Source: Paraspadella gotoi (lineage: Eukaryota > Animalia > Chaetognatha). Taken from it: a stretch of 64,000 bases of DNA. The notes under the pieces were generated by a model. It made no database searches and was not told where the DNA came from. It saw only the letters and a list, made by a program, of their open reading frames with translations. The position numbers and the translations under genes are program-made. Below, piece after piece: positions 26,396-39,816 of the stretch; positions within the stretch are counted from its first letter, which is position 1; every line of letters begins with the position of its first letter. The stretch lies in assembly GCA_051294375.1 (NCBI GenBank), contig CM119269.1, positions 8,429,225-8,493,224 of the forward strand, given 5' to 3'.

Positions 26396-27413
26396 TTTTT
26401 AGTCGGATCTGCTTATCAGCAGATCTGAAGAGAGAGAACGTGAATGAAAAACTCGACTTTATAATTCACTTGGTCGGTCCGTCGGTCCGCCCCCTCAATA
26501 TTGTCGGGCACTAACTTATATCATGTCAGAACATCGAATTATGATAAATTATGCAAAAAATATTATGTCCGTCCGTCCGTCCGTCCGTCCGTCCCACCTT
26601 AGCAAAAAACACCAATTACTCGTGATTGGATGGATGGATTTGAATGAAATTTTGTGTGTGGGTAGGGAAGTGTGTGATTGAGCTGGATATAAAGTTTCGA
26701 TGGAATCGTCCGAGTGGAAATGAGTTTAAATGGAAAAAACAAAAAAATATAATTCACAATTTGAATACCAATTGCTCATGAGTGGATGGGGCGATTGACC
26801 TGGAATTTTGTATGTGGGTAGGAAAGTGTGTGATTGAACAGGAAAACAAGTTTCGATGGAATCGTTTGAGTGGAAATGAGTTTAAATGGAAAAAACAAAA
26901 AACCTGTTTCACTAATTGATTATGATTCTTTTTCTTTTAATATTAAATGTATATGCAGGATGTATTAATAAATCAAATAATTAATCAGTTAATTAATAAC
27001 TCGTGATTGGCTGGTTGGATTGGAATAAAATTTTGTGTGTGGGTAGGAAAGTGTGTGATAAAGCTGGATATAAAAGTTTCGGTGGAAACGTACGAGTGGA
27101 AATGAGTTTAAATGAAAAAAATATGAGTCAATATTTACCCATAATAGATTGAGATGAAATTATGTGCGCGGGTAGGAAAGTGTGTGAAGAAGCTAGATAT
27201 AAAGTTTTGACGGAATTGTGCCAGTGGAAATGAGTTTAAATTGAAAAAACATAAGTCACATTTACTTGAATCTTTATTATTTATGATTACTAATAAATGT
27301 TTTAATTAATTAATTAATTCATGTGAAGAAATGATGCAATTTAAAAAAATGATGCAAATTGAAAAAATGATGCAAGTTAAAACAATCTTAAAAGCATAAG
27401 GATCGTCGCAATT

Positions 27414-27448
<35 letters not shown>

Positions 27449-27528
27449 TAAAAACGAAATGAAAACACGATGTTACAAGTTAAAAAAATCTTAAAAGCAT
27501 AAGGATCGTCGCAATTGCAAAGAAAGAA

Positions 27529-27559
<31 letters not shown>

Positions 27560-28950
27560 TAAAAACGAAATGAAAACACGATGTTGCGATAGCAAAATGA
27601 TAACATGCACAAATGCGATGCCTAATTTTACGAGTTCAATCCTTTTTCAATTTTTTTGTTTAATAAAAGTAGGGAAGTCTGGCGTTAAGCGTCCGAGATA
27701 AAAATTAGCGAATAAAAAAGTTGTTATTTTACTCACTGAATAAAAATACTTAAAATACTTACAAAATACATAAAATTGATAAAATTATTATTCCTATAAC
27801 ATTGTTCAATCACATGCAATATATCTAGTAAGGCGGGCCAAAATAGAACACTTTTTATAACTTCTAGTTCTCTCAAAAAAAATTTTTTTTTCCTTCTACT
27901 ACTAAATCGATTTTCAATGTAACTTTTTGAATTAGTTCATGGGGTTGTTGCACTGAAGCTTTTAAAATATAACAAATGACAAAAAAAATTTTAAAAATTT
28001 GATTTTTTAAGAACGGATTCTTATAAAGCTTAATAAGTTAAATGAAAGTTAGTACTATAATTTTTTAAAATTTTGACAATAAATTGGTTAAAAATATAAA
28101 AAACCTTAAAAAATCATCATCATCATTGGCTGAATTTTATAGTTTTTTAAATTTTTCATTAATAAAACAAAACAATTTTAAAAAGTTGTATTAATAACCT
28201 TTATCTAACTTTTAAAGCTCTATAAAAAAAAATTTAAAAATTTTTAAAAAAATGTTAACTTTATATAGTAATAAAATAATCTTTAAATGCTTCCGTGTGC
28301 TTATTAATAAGCAAAATTTTAAAAATTATTTTCATTTTCATATTATTAGTCGCTTAACCATTATTTATTCGAGAGAACTTCTAGTTTTCAACCTGTTCCG
28401 GCCTAATATCTAGTGCCTTTTTTTCATTGAAATCGATAGATATTAACTAAAAATATTAGAATTAATTTTTCTTTTTGATATAATAAGAGAACCGAACTTC
28501 TGTCGCTTGATGTCGTTAGGTTACTAATTAATATGCGTTTGAGGATTCCGAATATGTTTTTAAAATTTACTTACATAGATGCGCATAGACGCAATATGCC
28601 TTGAAAGCAAGTTGTTTGGTTTGGTCACTTATTTGGTAATAAAAAAATAGAATTTCTTTGATATCTTTTGAACCAAAAATGATAAAACGATGAGACTGGT
28701 ATCATATTAAAGCCATAATTATGGGGCATCTTTTCCATATAATTTTTTTAAATGTTTCAAAGGATTTTTTTTAAAATCTTGATCGGAATCTTAGTCAAAA
28801 GTATAACAACTTTTGAAATTAAATTAAACACACTTAGCCACATTTCAAAAAATAAATAAATATAGATTCTGAAAGAAATAATTTTAATGCATCATGTGAG
28901 GTATCATATGAAAGCTAACGATGTCTGCTACATGACAGCACGTAAAAAAC

Positions 28951-28993
<43 letters not shown>

Positions 28994-29192
28994 AAGAAAG
29001 AGAGAAAGAAAGAAAGAAAGAAAGAGAGTTTTAGGACAAATCAAAAGCGGCATCAGCAGAGGCAGCCAGAAAAAAAGAATGATACGAGTTGAAAAATTGA
29101 TGTGAGTTAAAAAAAATTGTTATTTATCATCTGATTAGCTGATTTCCGCTTAATTATCGTAGGCAGATCCGACATTGTTTGCTCAAACTTGT
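26396..29192 (+). mobile_element. DINE-1-like Helentron-associated element (HINE) with nested insertions
   Basis: 5' TTTT-AGTCGGATCTGC subTIR, (GTCC)n microsatellite, internal ~130-190-bp repeats, 3' GCAGATCCGAC followed by a GTTTG/CAAAC stem-loop and T-rich flank. Confidence 0.72.
27829..28405. mobile_element. hAT-like MITE
   Basis: 8-bp direct repeat ATATCTAG at 27821-27828 and 28406-28413; imperfect TIRs taaggcggg / ccggccta; AT-rich interior. Confidence 0.5.
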
Positions 29193-29273
29193 TTTTATAA
29201 TACTAGCTTAGTTAAACTACATATTACATAATACATATCTCTATAAAGCCCCTCCAGGCTCCAGCCCTAAAAA

Positions 29274-32200
29274 ATGGAAACCGTACACTTGCTTCTCCTC
29301 TTGCAAATTTGTCTCAACGTTTTCGATGTGATTACGGACATTCACACGTCGGCCCGGAAAATCCGCTCGGGTCAGCGTTACAACCAAGCAGTTGGGTGGG
29401 CGTTGTCCCTCGTGTTGCTCCTTCACGTTGCAGTCAGCTCGTTCTACTCGCTGTCGATCATTTTGAAGAACAAAAGACAATACGCGAGATTCTTTAAGAA
29501 TTGGATCCGAACGGCGGCGATTGTCGCCCTACATATCGCTGGTTTGGGCAACCTAGCTTTAATGGTTGACCTCTTCATTGATGAACGGGTATGTAAAAGT
29601 TTTGCAGTAACATGACGTAACATTGACTAATAAGGGTGAAGTAAAAGTTTGGAATCAAAATTTAGTAATTATATCTTAAAACCTAATACTAATCTTTTTT
29701 TTCTTTTACTAATATAGTAGCCCAGTCAGCTTATTTTGTCTTGTACTACCCTGATATAATATTAAAATTTAAAAAATGTATTTTTGGCCAATTTATTGAA
29801 AAAAATTTTAAAAAGGATTATACTGTCATCTTTCCCCAATTTAGTAACAAATTGAAATTCGGTCTTAAAATTTCAAAATTTTTATTTTAAAATTTTAGTT
29901 TATTATATATTCATTATTATATATGAAAAGCTCACTGGAACCCAGAAAATATAAAATGAAAAATTAAATTTACCAAAGTATTTTTATGGGTTTTTTACTA
30001 TGCTCATTACTCAATTTTAATTTTGTAAAGTTTATTATTTTTAAATCTCTCTATTGACCACAGAACGCTGTTAATGGTTTTCACATAATTGTGACTAATT
30101 CAAAATTAAACGTTTTTCATATTATGGGGTAAAACAATAAATATCTAAGGTGAATAAGAATCCACTTACCATTCAGGCTGCTTGGTCGGTCGGTCGCTAA
30201 TTTGCCTTCTACCCCTAAGACCTGAGGAACCACATTATTGGTTAATTATTGGTTAATAGAGTGTAGTGAAAGTTACTTACGGAAACTCTAAAAGTCAATT
30301 ATGAACAACATACCATCAGTAAACATTAATTTGTAAAAAAAATTAATCTTATATTTTTAAATTTTTGCAGTAGGCTATATTTATATATAGTACTATCCTT
30401 ATAAAATCTAAAAAATTTCAAAATAGGCTTTTCTTAATTTTGATTGCAGATTTAAATTTCTCGTCAAAAGTTGATAAAAAATATAAATCATTTTTAAAAA
30501 ATTATTTTATTAAGTGGGTTAAAAATTAAAAAAACTATCTTTAATATATAAAAAATTAATTTTCAGCTTAAAATATAGCTTTTTCTAATTTTTGACCCAC
30601 TTAATGAAGGAATTTTTCAAAAAACTGTTTTGAAATTTTAACATTTATTGGATTAGTACTAGTATAAATATGGCCTACAGCATAAAATTTATTATAAATT
30701 TTTTTATTACATAATTGTTCATTAGTATAATGTTGTTCGTTCCTCACTTTTAGAATTTTAATTAAAGTTAAATTTAGAAATTTTACTACGCCTTATTGGT
30801 TAATACTGTAGAAGACAAAAATACGGGAAAATAAATGAAGGGAAAAAGGTGAAGGATTGTGTTTAACCAACGTAGAAAGAATTTTATTTCTAAGATCTAC
30901 TGTTTGAAATATTTAGTTCTCAAAAGAAAAGTCGCATTCTTTAATGATTGAAATATTTTAATCAATAACTTTAACCTTGTTTTGTCTATGGTGGTAGTTT
31001 TAATGCAATCTTTAACTTTGTTTTGTCTTTAGTCTTAGCTTTTTTTGATGCTCTGATTTTGATGTACTAAATCAATTTGTTGAATTCGAAATAAAACGCA
31101 TATATAACCCGCCTGTAAAATAGTTTAGGGACTTTTAATTAAGATAATATTTATGTGGGAGATTGTATTAAAAACATTGTTTGAGTACTTGGCTCTAACT
31201 TAATTTATACCTTGTAGATTTCGCTATCAAAAATAAGAATCAATCCAAATCACGTGATTTTAATAATAAAATAATTGGATCAGAAGGGCCTCGTCCAATC
31301 AGAATCTAGAAATAAATAATTACCAATGAAAGCATAGGACGAGTTTGAGAGTTAAAGCTACTAACGTTATTAGTATTCTATATAAAACCGAATATTAATT
31401 TAGAAAATTATTAAAATATTTATAAACTATTTAACAATTTAATTTATAATAATTATATTTTGTCTCTTCTTTTTTATGAGGATAATAAAGAGCAGTAATG
31501 GACTGTGCTGTAGGCTCCAGTGGAGCACTGCATTAAAGGCAAATTAACCCAGCCGTCTCATTTTTAGTCGGATCTGCTTATCAGCAGATTCCGACTCTAT
31601 AATGCACTTTGTCGGTCCGTTGGTCCCACCCCTAAATCTTGTCGGTAAATCATTTTTATCACATCAGAACATCATATTATGCTAAATTAAGCAAAAAAAG
31701 ATGTCCGTCCGTCGTGTCCTGTCCTGTCTTCAATTATTCGTGATTGGATGGTTGGAATAGAATGAAATTTTGTGTGTGGGTAGGAAAGTGTGTGATTGAG
31801 CAGGATATAAAGTTTGGATGGAATCGTACAAGAGGAAATGAGTTTAAATGGAAAAAACATAATTCACATTAACTTAAATCTTTTTACTAATTTTAACCCA
31901 TAATTACTCGAATTAATCATAATTGGATAGATAGATTGAAATTAAATTTTGTGTGTGGGTAGGAAAGTGTGTGATGAAGCTGGATATAAAGTTTAGATTG
32001 AATCTTGCAAGTGGAAATGAGTTTAGATGGAAAAAAACATAAGTCACTTTTATTTGAATCTTTTTAATAATTTTATTCCATAATTAATCGATTTATTTAT
32101 AATTGGATGGATAGAATGGGATTAAATTTTGTGTGTGGGTAAAAAAGTGTGTGATTGAGCAGGATATAAAGTTTTGTTGGGATCGAGGAGTGGAAATGAG

Positions 32201-33408
32201 TTTGCATGGAAAAAACCAAAGTCAAGTCGACTTGAATTTTTATTATTTATGCTTACTCATGAATGCCTTAATTAATTAATTAATTATTTAATTAATTAAA
32301 TTAATTAAGTGAAAAAATGATGCAAGTTAAAATATTATTCATATTGAAAAAATGATGCAAATTGAAAGATTGTTGCAAGCTTAAAGAATGATGCAAGTTG
32401 AAAGAATGTTGAAAGTTGAAAGAATGATGCAAGTTGAAAAAATGATGCAAGTTGAAAGAATGGTGCAAGTTGAAAGATTGATGCAAGTTGAAAAAATGAT
32501 GCAAGTTTAAAAAATGATGCAAGTTTAAAAAAATTATATAAGTTGAAAAATGATGCAAGTTTAAAAAATGATGCAAGTTGAAAAAAAAGAATTGCGTGTT
32601 AAAAAAATGATATGAGTTGAAAAAAATGATGCAAATTTAAAAATAATGCAAGTTAAAAGAATGAATGCAGTTGAAAAAAATGATGCAAGTTGAAAAAATG
32701 ATGCAAGTTAAAAAAAAGGTTGCAAGTTAAAAAAATGATGCAAGTTGAAAAAATGATGCGAGTAAAAAAAATGATGCAAGTTGAAAAAATGATGCGAGTA
32801 AAAAAAATGATGCAAGTGGAAAAAATAATAATATTTGAAAAAATTATTTGTACTTTATTTGTAATTATTTCTACTATAGTATTTATTTATTCATTTATTT
32901 AGCTGATTCCCGCTTAATTATCGTGGGCAGATCCGACATTGTTTGCTCAAACTTGTGAGTTAAAAACTAACTATTGACAAACTTTTGTAGAAAGATTTCT
33001 TTATTCTTTATTCTTCTTTTCAAACTCCTCTTTAAGTCCTACCTCACATCGGATCTCAATCAATTGCAATGGTATCGCTACAAAAGAGATATTTTCACTG
33101 CAACAAATTTCATCCACATTTTCTTGGAGTCATGGCCGCAGGTTTTGATCCAGACAGCGGGCATCCTCTTGAGCTGGACTAGCGACTCGAGAATGGTGTG
33201 CCTTTACGACTCTTGGATGAACATAACGGAAAAAGGACCATTCAAACAAAAGTTATTCACTCATTTGTTGACCGAGGAAGGGCCTAAGAACACAAGCTGG
33301 CCTTGTCTGTGCGATGTAATTAACTCCAACGCAAACTACCAAAGGTCATTTGGTTGAGAATTGGGCGAAATGCTCTTTGATGCCCCCTTGCCGTATGACG
33401 AAGCAGTG

Positions 33409-33441
<33 letters not shown>

Positions 33442-36236
33442 CTGGATGACTTAGAGTCAGGATCAGGATCGACAAAAACGACGACGATAATTTGAACGAT
33501 GGATTAATTGTTTTGGTTTTCGGTTAGGGATAAGGTTAATTTAGGGAATAGATATTAGGGATTAGGGTTGGGATAAGGGTCAGGGTTAGGGTTTAGGGTT
33601 GGGATTAGGGATTAGGGTTAAGGATTAGGGTTAGGGATTAGGTTCTTTTTCCCGACGCTACTTTTGCAACAATAAAATTCTGGCATGCTGGGTGACTCAG
33701 CGAGAGAAAGAATTAAGCCTCCGTTACGATCGGGATCGACAGAAACGACGACGATAGTTTGAACGATGGAGGAAGCAGTTGCGACGATGAGAGCTACGAC
33801 TAAAGGAGTGACGCATAAAACGACGATGGAAGCAGCAAAAGAGACAAGTTTTTTGTGTATTTTTGAGTCCGCTGCTTCAGGAGCCGCAGCAAGGGGGCTT
33901 CTTTGAAAAAAGTGCCGAGAATTGTATAGTTTTTTTTCAATTTCAAAAAAAAAATCATTCATGTATAAAGGTTACTTTACTAGTAAAGGAATTGATAAAT
34001 TTTCTACTTTTTATTGGTTGTACCGTCAGCTTGAAGTGATGTAATATCAGTCTTGTATTCCTAACGCAAGGGTCCCCGATTCTGGCCCAGTCACCCTCAC
34101 GGTTTTTGGTGGTACATACCGCCAGCAGGGGCGTGTAAATTGGTTAAACACCCTCCACGGGAAAAGCTCATGGGACTAAAAAAATTTATAATAAATAAAT
34201 ATAAGAGAAATAACAGCTTTTAATTTTGTAAAATATTTTTTTCATCAGGACAGGAGAGAACGCTTAAAATACATTCATAATGTAACAATAACGTGATTTT
34301 TAAAAGCATCCAAACCTCATTTCTTGAGAAGTTATATTTTATTTATTTATTTTTTTAAGGAAGTGGAGTGGAGGGTCCCGCCATTCTCTACACGCCACTG
34401 ACCACCAGACTACATTTATTTCTTTGCTGTGAACATGTTTTTTGCTTATTTTCTCTCAGTCGCGTCTACGTTTGCGGGTGGCGAATCACCGAGTTTGGGA
34501 CCCTCGTCTCCGCGGCGATGTCGACGCTGTGTTTGGCGAAGGCAGCGATCGAGAATCGTCATTCCGAGGATCATCCCTGTTGCCTCTCGAAGATTTGCTC
34601 GGTCCTCGGTTTGATTCAAAGCCTATTTGGTTTGACCATTTTTTTGTACATTTTGAGCCTTAACGCCTTTATGGTTTCCCCATGGCTTCTCGCCTGCCTT
34701 CCTCTTATGCCGCTGAGAGTTTTTTCATTTTATGAACTAAAGGCAATTGCTTTTGGCTTCTTTTCAAACAATAGATTAGACGTTAAAATAAAATCTAAAA
34801 ATAACATTTTTCATGTTATTTACAGTCCCTACATTAATATTTTTTTGTTCTCTTTAACTCTTTTTATAAAAAAGTTAGATTTTTTAGGTTACAACCCGAT
34901 AAATATTAAACTATCTTTACATTGGAATTTAATCACCGACTTGTCCCCAAAAATAAAGTTTTTTTTTAAGAAGCCCACGGTAAAATTTCTTTTAAACAAC
35001 AATGTAATTTTTTGCACAAGTGGAATAATAAACAAAAAAAATTGGATTAAATCTTTTGGCGAGATTTTGCAATGCAAACCCGATTGTAATTCTGATCTTT
35101 ATGCTGGTGCAATTTACATGAAAGCTGGCAATAATTATCTTTTACAACCTGATTTTGGCTTATACTTAATTCTACTCTTAATAGACACAACCTTTAGTGG
35201 GGTTTATAGTATTACTTTTTTTCTTATGAGAAAGTCTTTTAAAGCATATTTTTTATCACTACTTTCACTTTTTAGTACCATCTTTGTTATTTATTTAAAT
35301 CTTTACCATTTTATTTTTCACATTAACGTCGTGAATATAAAAAAAACTAGACGTGCTGTCTTATCAAATTATCTTTTGATGACCAAACCAATTCCATTAA
35401 AAGATCCAAATATCAACAAGGATTTTTTTCAACAAATCTACAAGTCTCATTTGAAGGTTTATAGATTTTCAAGTTTAATCTCAAAAATGTCAGGAGTAAT
35501 ATTTTTCTCAACATTGGCATTTTGCTTACAGAATCTTCGCTCAAACTGGAAAAGTAAACGTGTCTTTCTCACAGTTGAGTTTTTTATCGGAATACTTTCA
35601 ATTTTTCTCCCAATTTTGACTTTTTTCACAATCAGACAAACAACGTGCCGACAAAATGTCTTGGTCGGTCAAGAAGAGTTGCTACACCTTTGCTACCAAA
35701 AGATACTCGACTCAGATAACCCTAGAAAAAATTTTAATCCCTGCAAGGCGGTTTTTTTTTCTAAACTTTCGACCCACGCTTTTCTTCAAGATAATTTCTT
35801 TTACTTTTTTTCTTTGTCTCTTCTCCCGCTTTACAAATATCTCTGCGTCTCGATTGATGGATTGATTACAATTTATCGATCGGACAAACGAATATTCCTC
35901 GCAAAAGTGCCGCAGCTCATTTCTGGTGGAATCATCTTAGCTTCGTCTTACATGGTCGTATCTTCGCTACAAAACCCGGCTACGCAATTGGGTTATGCTA
36001 AATTCGCGAAGGTCCCTCGTCCGAAACATACTTTTCTTGGGAACAATTTAAGAGTGAACTTCGAAAGCGAGATTTTTTATCCCTTCAATGACCTTTTGTT
36101 TCCTTTCTTGGAATTTCAAGTCGAAAACCTGTCTGCTTTTTTCGACGAAATGAAAGTTCATCTTTTCAAAGACATAAAAAAAGGTCCCAATATCTTGATT
36201 CTATCCTTTCTCTTCGTTCCTGCGTTGATTTTTTAA
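29274..36236 (+). CDS. XK-related multi-pass membrane protein, paralog 2, ~799 aa
   Basis: Exons 29274-29588, 33037-33344, 34460-36236 join in frame. LNVFDVITD, LHIAGLG, DER, IHIFLESWPQVLIQ and VSAAMSTLCLAK align with paralog 1. Confidence 0.78.
31561..32956 (+). mobile_element. DINE-1-like HINE, same family, with 18-bp (TGATGCAAGTTGAAAAAA)n array
   Basis: Same termini as the 26396 copy, including the 5' partial inverted repeat GTCGGATCTGC..GCAGATTCCGAC; tandem array ~32310-32825. Confidence 0.8.
33522..33642 (+). repeat. Interstitial telomere-like (TTAGGG/ATTAGGG) degenerate array
   Basis: Repeated ttaggg, ttagggt and gggatta units; smaller similar tracts at ~6330-6375, ~44305-44350 and ~47700-47765. 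Confidence 0.75.
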
Positions 36237-36841
36237 AGTTATTAGGCTACATGAATACGGCCATATTTTCCCATAACTAGAGGTAGCCTTACTCAGTAAG
36301 GTGGTTAAGAAATTTGAATTAAGCACCAGCTCAAACGAAAACTAGACATTTTTAAAAAAATTTGAATAGGCCAAAAACTTTAATATTACTCCTCACTCCA
36401 CATATTAATTTTTTAATATTTATTTATAAATAGGAAAGGCTAAAACTTTTTTTATGATTTCTTTATTTTTAAGATCAGATTCAGGTAGCTTGTAAAAAGT
36501 TTTTTACTCGATGTATAAAATATATATTCAATATTTTGATCATAAGTGATTAAATTTGGGTGTATGAAGCTGAAAATTTATATACAGCTTCTCATAATCG
36601 AGGTACTTGAAATTGGGTGAGGACGTTTATTAAATACGTTTTGTTTACGTTTTATCAAAACAAACAAATTTGCTCTACTTTTATTTTTATATCTCTTTCT
36701 CTCTCTCTTTTCTCTTTTAAATATATGTAGCTCTCTCTCTCTGTTTTCCCCAGTCGCTGATTCCTTGGGCTCTGCAGGGGCTTTCTTTCTTTTTCTCTCT
36801 TTGCTCCTGCTCCTTCTGCTGATTCGTCCAAAAACGATTTG

Positions 36842-36883
<42 letters not shown>

Positions 36884-36909
36884 GTTTTTATTTAAAAAAA
36901 ATTTAATTA

Positions 36910-37480
36910 GGATTGAACTCGTAAAATTAGGCAACGCATTCGTGCATGTAATCATTTTTCTATCGCAACATCGGGTTTTTATTTCGTTCTTTCTTCTCGT
37001 CACTCTCTCTTTATTTTTATTTCTTTCCTTTCTATTCTTTCTTTCCTTTTTTTTCCTTTCTATTCTTTATTTCCTTTTTATTTTATTTTCTTTCTATTCT
37101 TTCTTCCCTTTTTATTCTTTTTCTCATTTCTATTCTTTCTTTCCTTTCTATTCTTTCTTTCCTTTCTATTCTTTCTTTCCTTTCTATTTTTTTTTCATTT
37201 CTATTCTTTCTTTCCTTTCTATTCTTTCTTTCCTTTCTTTTTTTTCTTTCCTTTCTATTCTTTTTTTCCTTTTTATTTTTTCTTTCCTTTCTATTCTTTC
37301 TTTCCTTTCTATTCTTTCTTTCCTTTCTATTCTTTCTTTCCTTTCTATTCTTTCTTTATATTTATTCTTTTCCTCTTTTTCTTTCTGTTTATAAATTTAA
37401 TTTTTTTTAGTATCAAAATTTGTCGTCAATCCAGATTTTTCATATGCGATTGCGACGATCTCTATGCTTTTAAGATTTTT
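36910..37480 (-). repeat. Reverse copy of the repeat at ~27385-27645, expanded by (TTTC/TATTC)n
   Basis: gaactcgtaaaattaggca.cgcatt.gtgcatg and attgcgacgatc..tatgcttttaagatt are reverse complements of 27385-27640. Confidence 0.6.
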
Positions 37481-37675
37481 TTTTAAATTTATTTTAGTAA
37501 CAATAAAAGCATTAAAATTGAACTTTTTTTTAAAATTCTTTTTTTACCTGAAAGTAGACTTCAAGACCAAAATTTTGAACCCCCGCCCCTATTGAATTTA
37601 ATTTCATAGTAGATTTTTACCATAACGCCCAATTTCTTCTTTTGCTGAATAATTTTTTCCAATTCACAAACTGAA

Positions 37676-37721
37676 AAACGCTGAAGAAGGCTTGAATATT
37701 AAAGCCGAAACATGTCTGTTT
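37676..37721 (+). ncRNA. Minimal type I hammerhead ribozyme (Penelope-like)
   Basis: aaacg CTGAAGA a ggctt ... aagcc GAAA catGTC tgttt: intact core, 5-bp helix I, helix II ggctt/aagcc, palindromic ACATGT helix III, GUC cleavage triplet. Confidence 0.8.
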
Positions 37722-38832
37722 ATCAATAAAAACAAATTTCGTTTGTTTTTCTTTAATTTATAATTTAATCTATAATTTAAGTTAATTTTTAAGATTTAAA
37801 GCTTATGGAGAGGGAATAGGTTAAGAATTACGTTCAAAATTAAGGTTAAAATTAAGTTCAGAGATTTAAGAACTAAAATTTGGGCTCATTTGGAAAAGAG
37901 TGCCGAATATGAATAGAATCTTTTTTTTCCCCATTGTCGTTTTTGAGTGTTTGTTGTCTTTCAATTAAAAGTTATTTTTCGCTAATTAGAAATAGTAATG
38001 ACTATGAGAACGTTAACTTTCTAATTTAAAAATAATTAATGGTGGCATCTGGCATAAGTTTAGATAAATGATGATGATTGTACTTAATCAACCTTGTTGT
38101 ATTCGAAGAAAATCGCATATAAATAAATAAATAACTTTAATTTGCGCCAAATTGATCTTAGTATTTTAATGATTGATTTTTATGTTTTAAATTCGCATAT
38201 GTATTCTTGTAATAGTAACCTTTCTATTTTCATTAAAATGGTTTTAATCTTAATAAAACGTTTTTTTATGAGTAGGCGAATTGAAAACGAAGGTGCTATG
38301 AAATAAATTTTTGAACAGAGGGAATTTAGCTATAAACAGGGATTATTTAAACTTAAAAAAGATTGGGTAGCTCTGGTGAAGTTTCCCCAAGGAGCTAAGG
38401 CCCACACGTTCCTGACTTGGCTCAGTTGAGGAATTCCGAGATTCACGCAATTACGGTATAATACTGTATAATACTGTAATACTGTATAATACTGTTTCCT
38501 GTTTTGATAAGTACCTATGACTGACAAGCAAAAGGTGGCGACTTGAATTTTTGATAAAAGTGACATATTCGTTAAAAGTGAATAAATTTGTACTATTATA
38601 TCCGTTTGTGATAAAAGCCCGCATCAACAATTGTAGACAATAAATTTGGTTAAAAAGTTTTGGCAATCTGGATTGGTCGGTCAAAGGACACAAGGACAGT
38701 CATCTCGGTTCAGAAGAGCTGGTGCTATCATTGCAATAAGTTTGTAGAAGACAATTCGCCGATCCACTGGCCAGTCGTTTTGGCCGAAGATATTGATATG
38801 AAATCTCTCTATCTCTATTTGACCGGTTTTAT

Positions 38833-38863
<31 letters not shown>

Positions 38864-38979
38864 TGAACATCGCGAATTTTGTCCTTGTTTTATCTCTCAA
38901 AATAAAACTTTCTATGTCTCGGTTCCGAAGAGCTGGTGTTATCATTGCAATAAGTTCACTACGCATGATATCCTCGGTC

Positions 38980-39142
38980 ATGGCCCGGTGGCTCATTGAG
39001 TAATGCCATCAGCTCATGACCATTAGGTACCGGGTTCGATCCCCAATGGTACCTACCCTGTGGGAAGTCTTAGGACGGCCGTAAACCGCCTTCGAAGCCA
39101 GGACCCGTTCCATGGCTTCGAGAGGTGTTAAACGAGTCAACC
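38980..39142 (+). mobile_element. Second tRNA-derived SINE-like family
   Basis: Head GGCCCGGTGGCTCATTGAGTAA...GGGTTCGATCCC (A/B boxes). Related reverse copies at ~17014-17080, ~22315-22455 and ~22555-22695. Confidence 0.75.
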
Positions 39143-39409
39143 AAAATATCGGTGGGAAACCGACCTTGTTGGATTTGCCATAGCAGGATTTAATTAGAAA
39201 GGTAATTTAGCGCAATCTTATTATGTATATCAAAGTTATGTTCGATATCCTGAATGTCAAAGGTAACCATACAAATAAAGGTCGTTAGATTGACTCTTAA
39301 CTATACAAACAGAGAAAAGGGATAGAGCGAGTATTATTAAACATGATAACCGTTTCCCCCCAAACTGTAGATGAAAAGGGATTTGATTGGGTTTAATATA
39401 AACTGTCGA

Positions 39410-39638
39410 AAAAAATGTAAAAGAGAGAGAGAGGAAATAGACAATTTTTTAAAATGTAAAAAGGGGAGAGAGAGAGAGAGAGAGTAGACATTTTTTTTTT
39501 AAAGGTTATTAAATTGTTAGAATACTACATCGTAAACTTATTTAGAGAGTATAATAATATTTGATGCTATATCTCCATAATCTTGAAAGAGAGAGAGAAA
39601 GAGAATGGGAATAGAATAGAAAATGTAAAAAGGGGAGA

Positions 39639-39675
<37 letters not shown>

Positions 39676-39750
39676 CATTGTTATTATACTACTCCATCGT
39701 AAATTTATTTAGAGAGTATAATAATATTTGATGCTATATCTCCATAATAA
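39410..39750. repeat. Local tandem duplication 3' of the acyl-CoA synthetase
   Basis: aaaatgtaaaaagggga...gtagaca...atcgtaaa.ttatttagagagtataataatatttgatgctatatctccataat occurs twice. Confidence 0.8.
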
Positions 39751-39816
39751 TGTAATGTACAATTATAAACCTAAAGTGCGCGATCAAACAACGCAGTACC
39801 AAATTCGTTTCCCTCT

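Noticed and set aside
36942-37394. Phe/Leu/Ser-rich ORFs here and at 18243, 19163-20945, 52164 and 7875
   Set aside because: They are translations of microsatellites and minisatellites.
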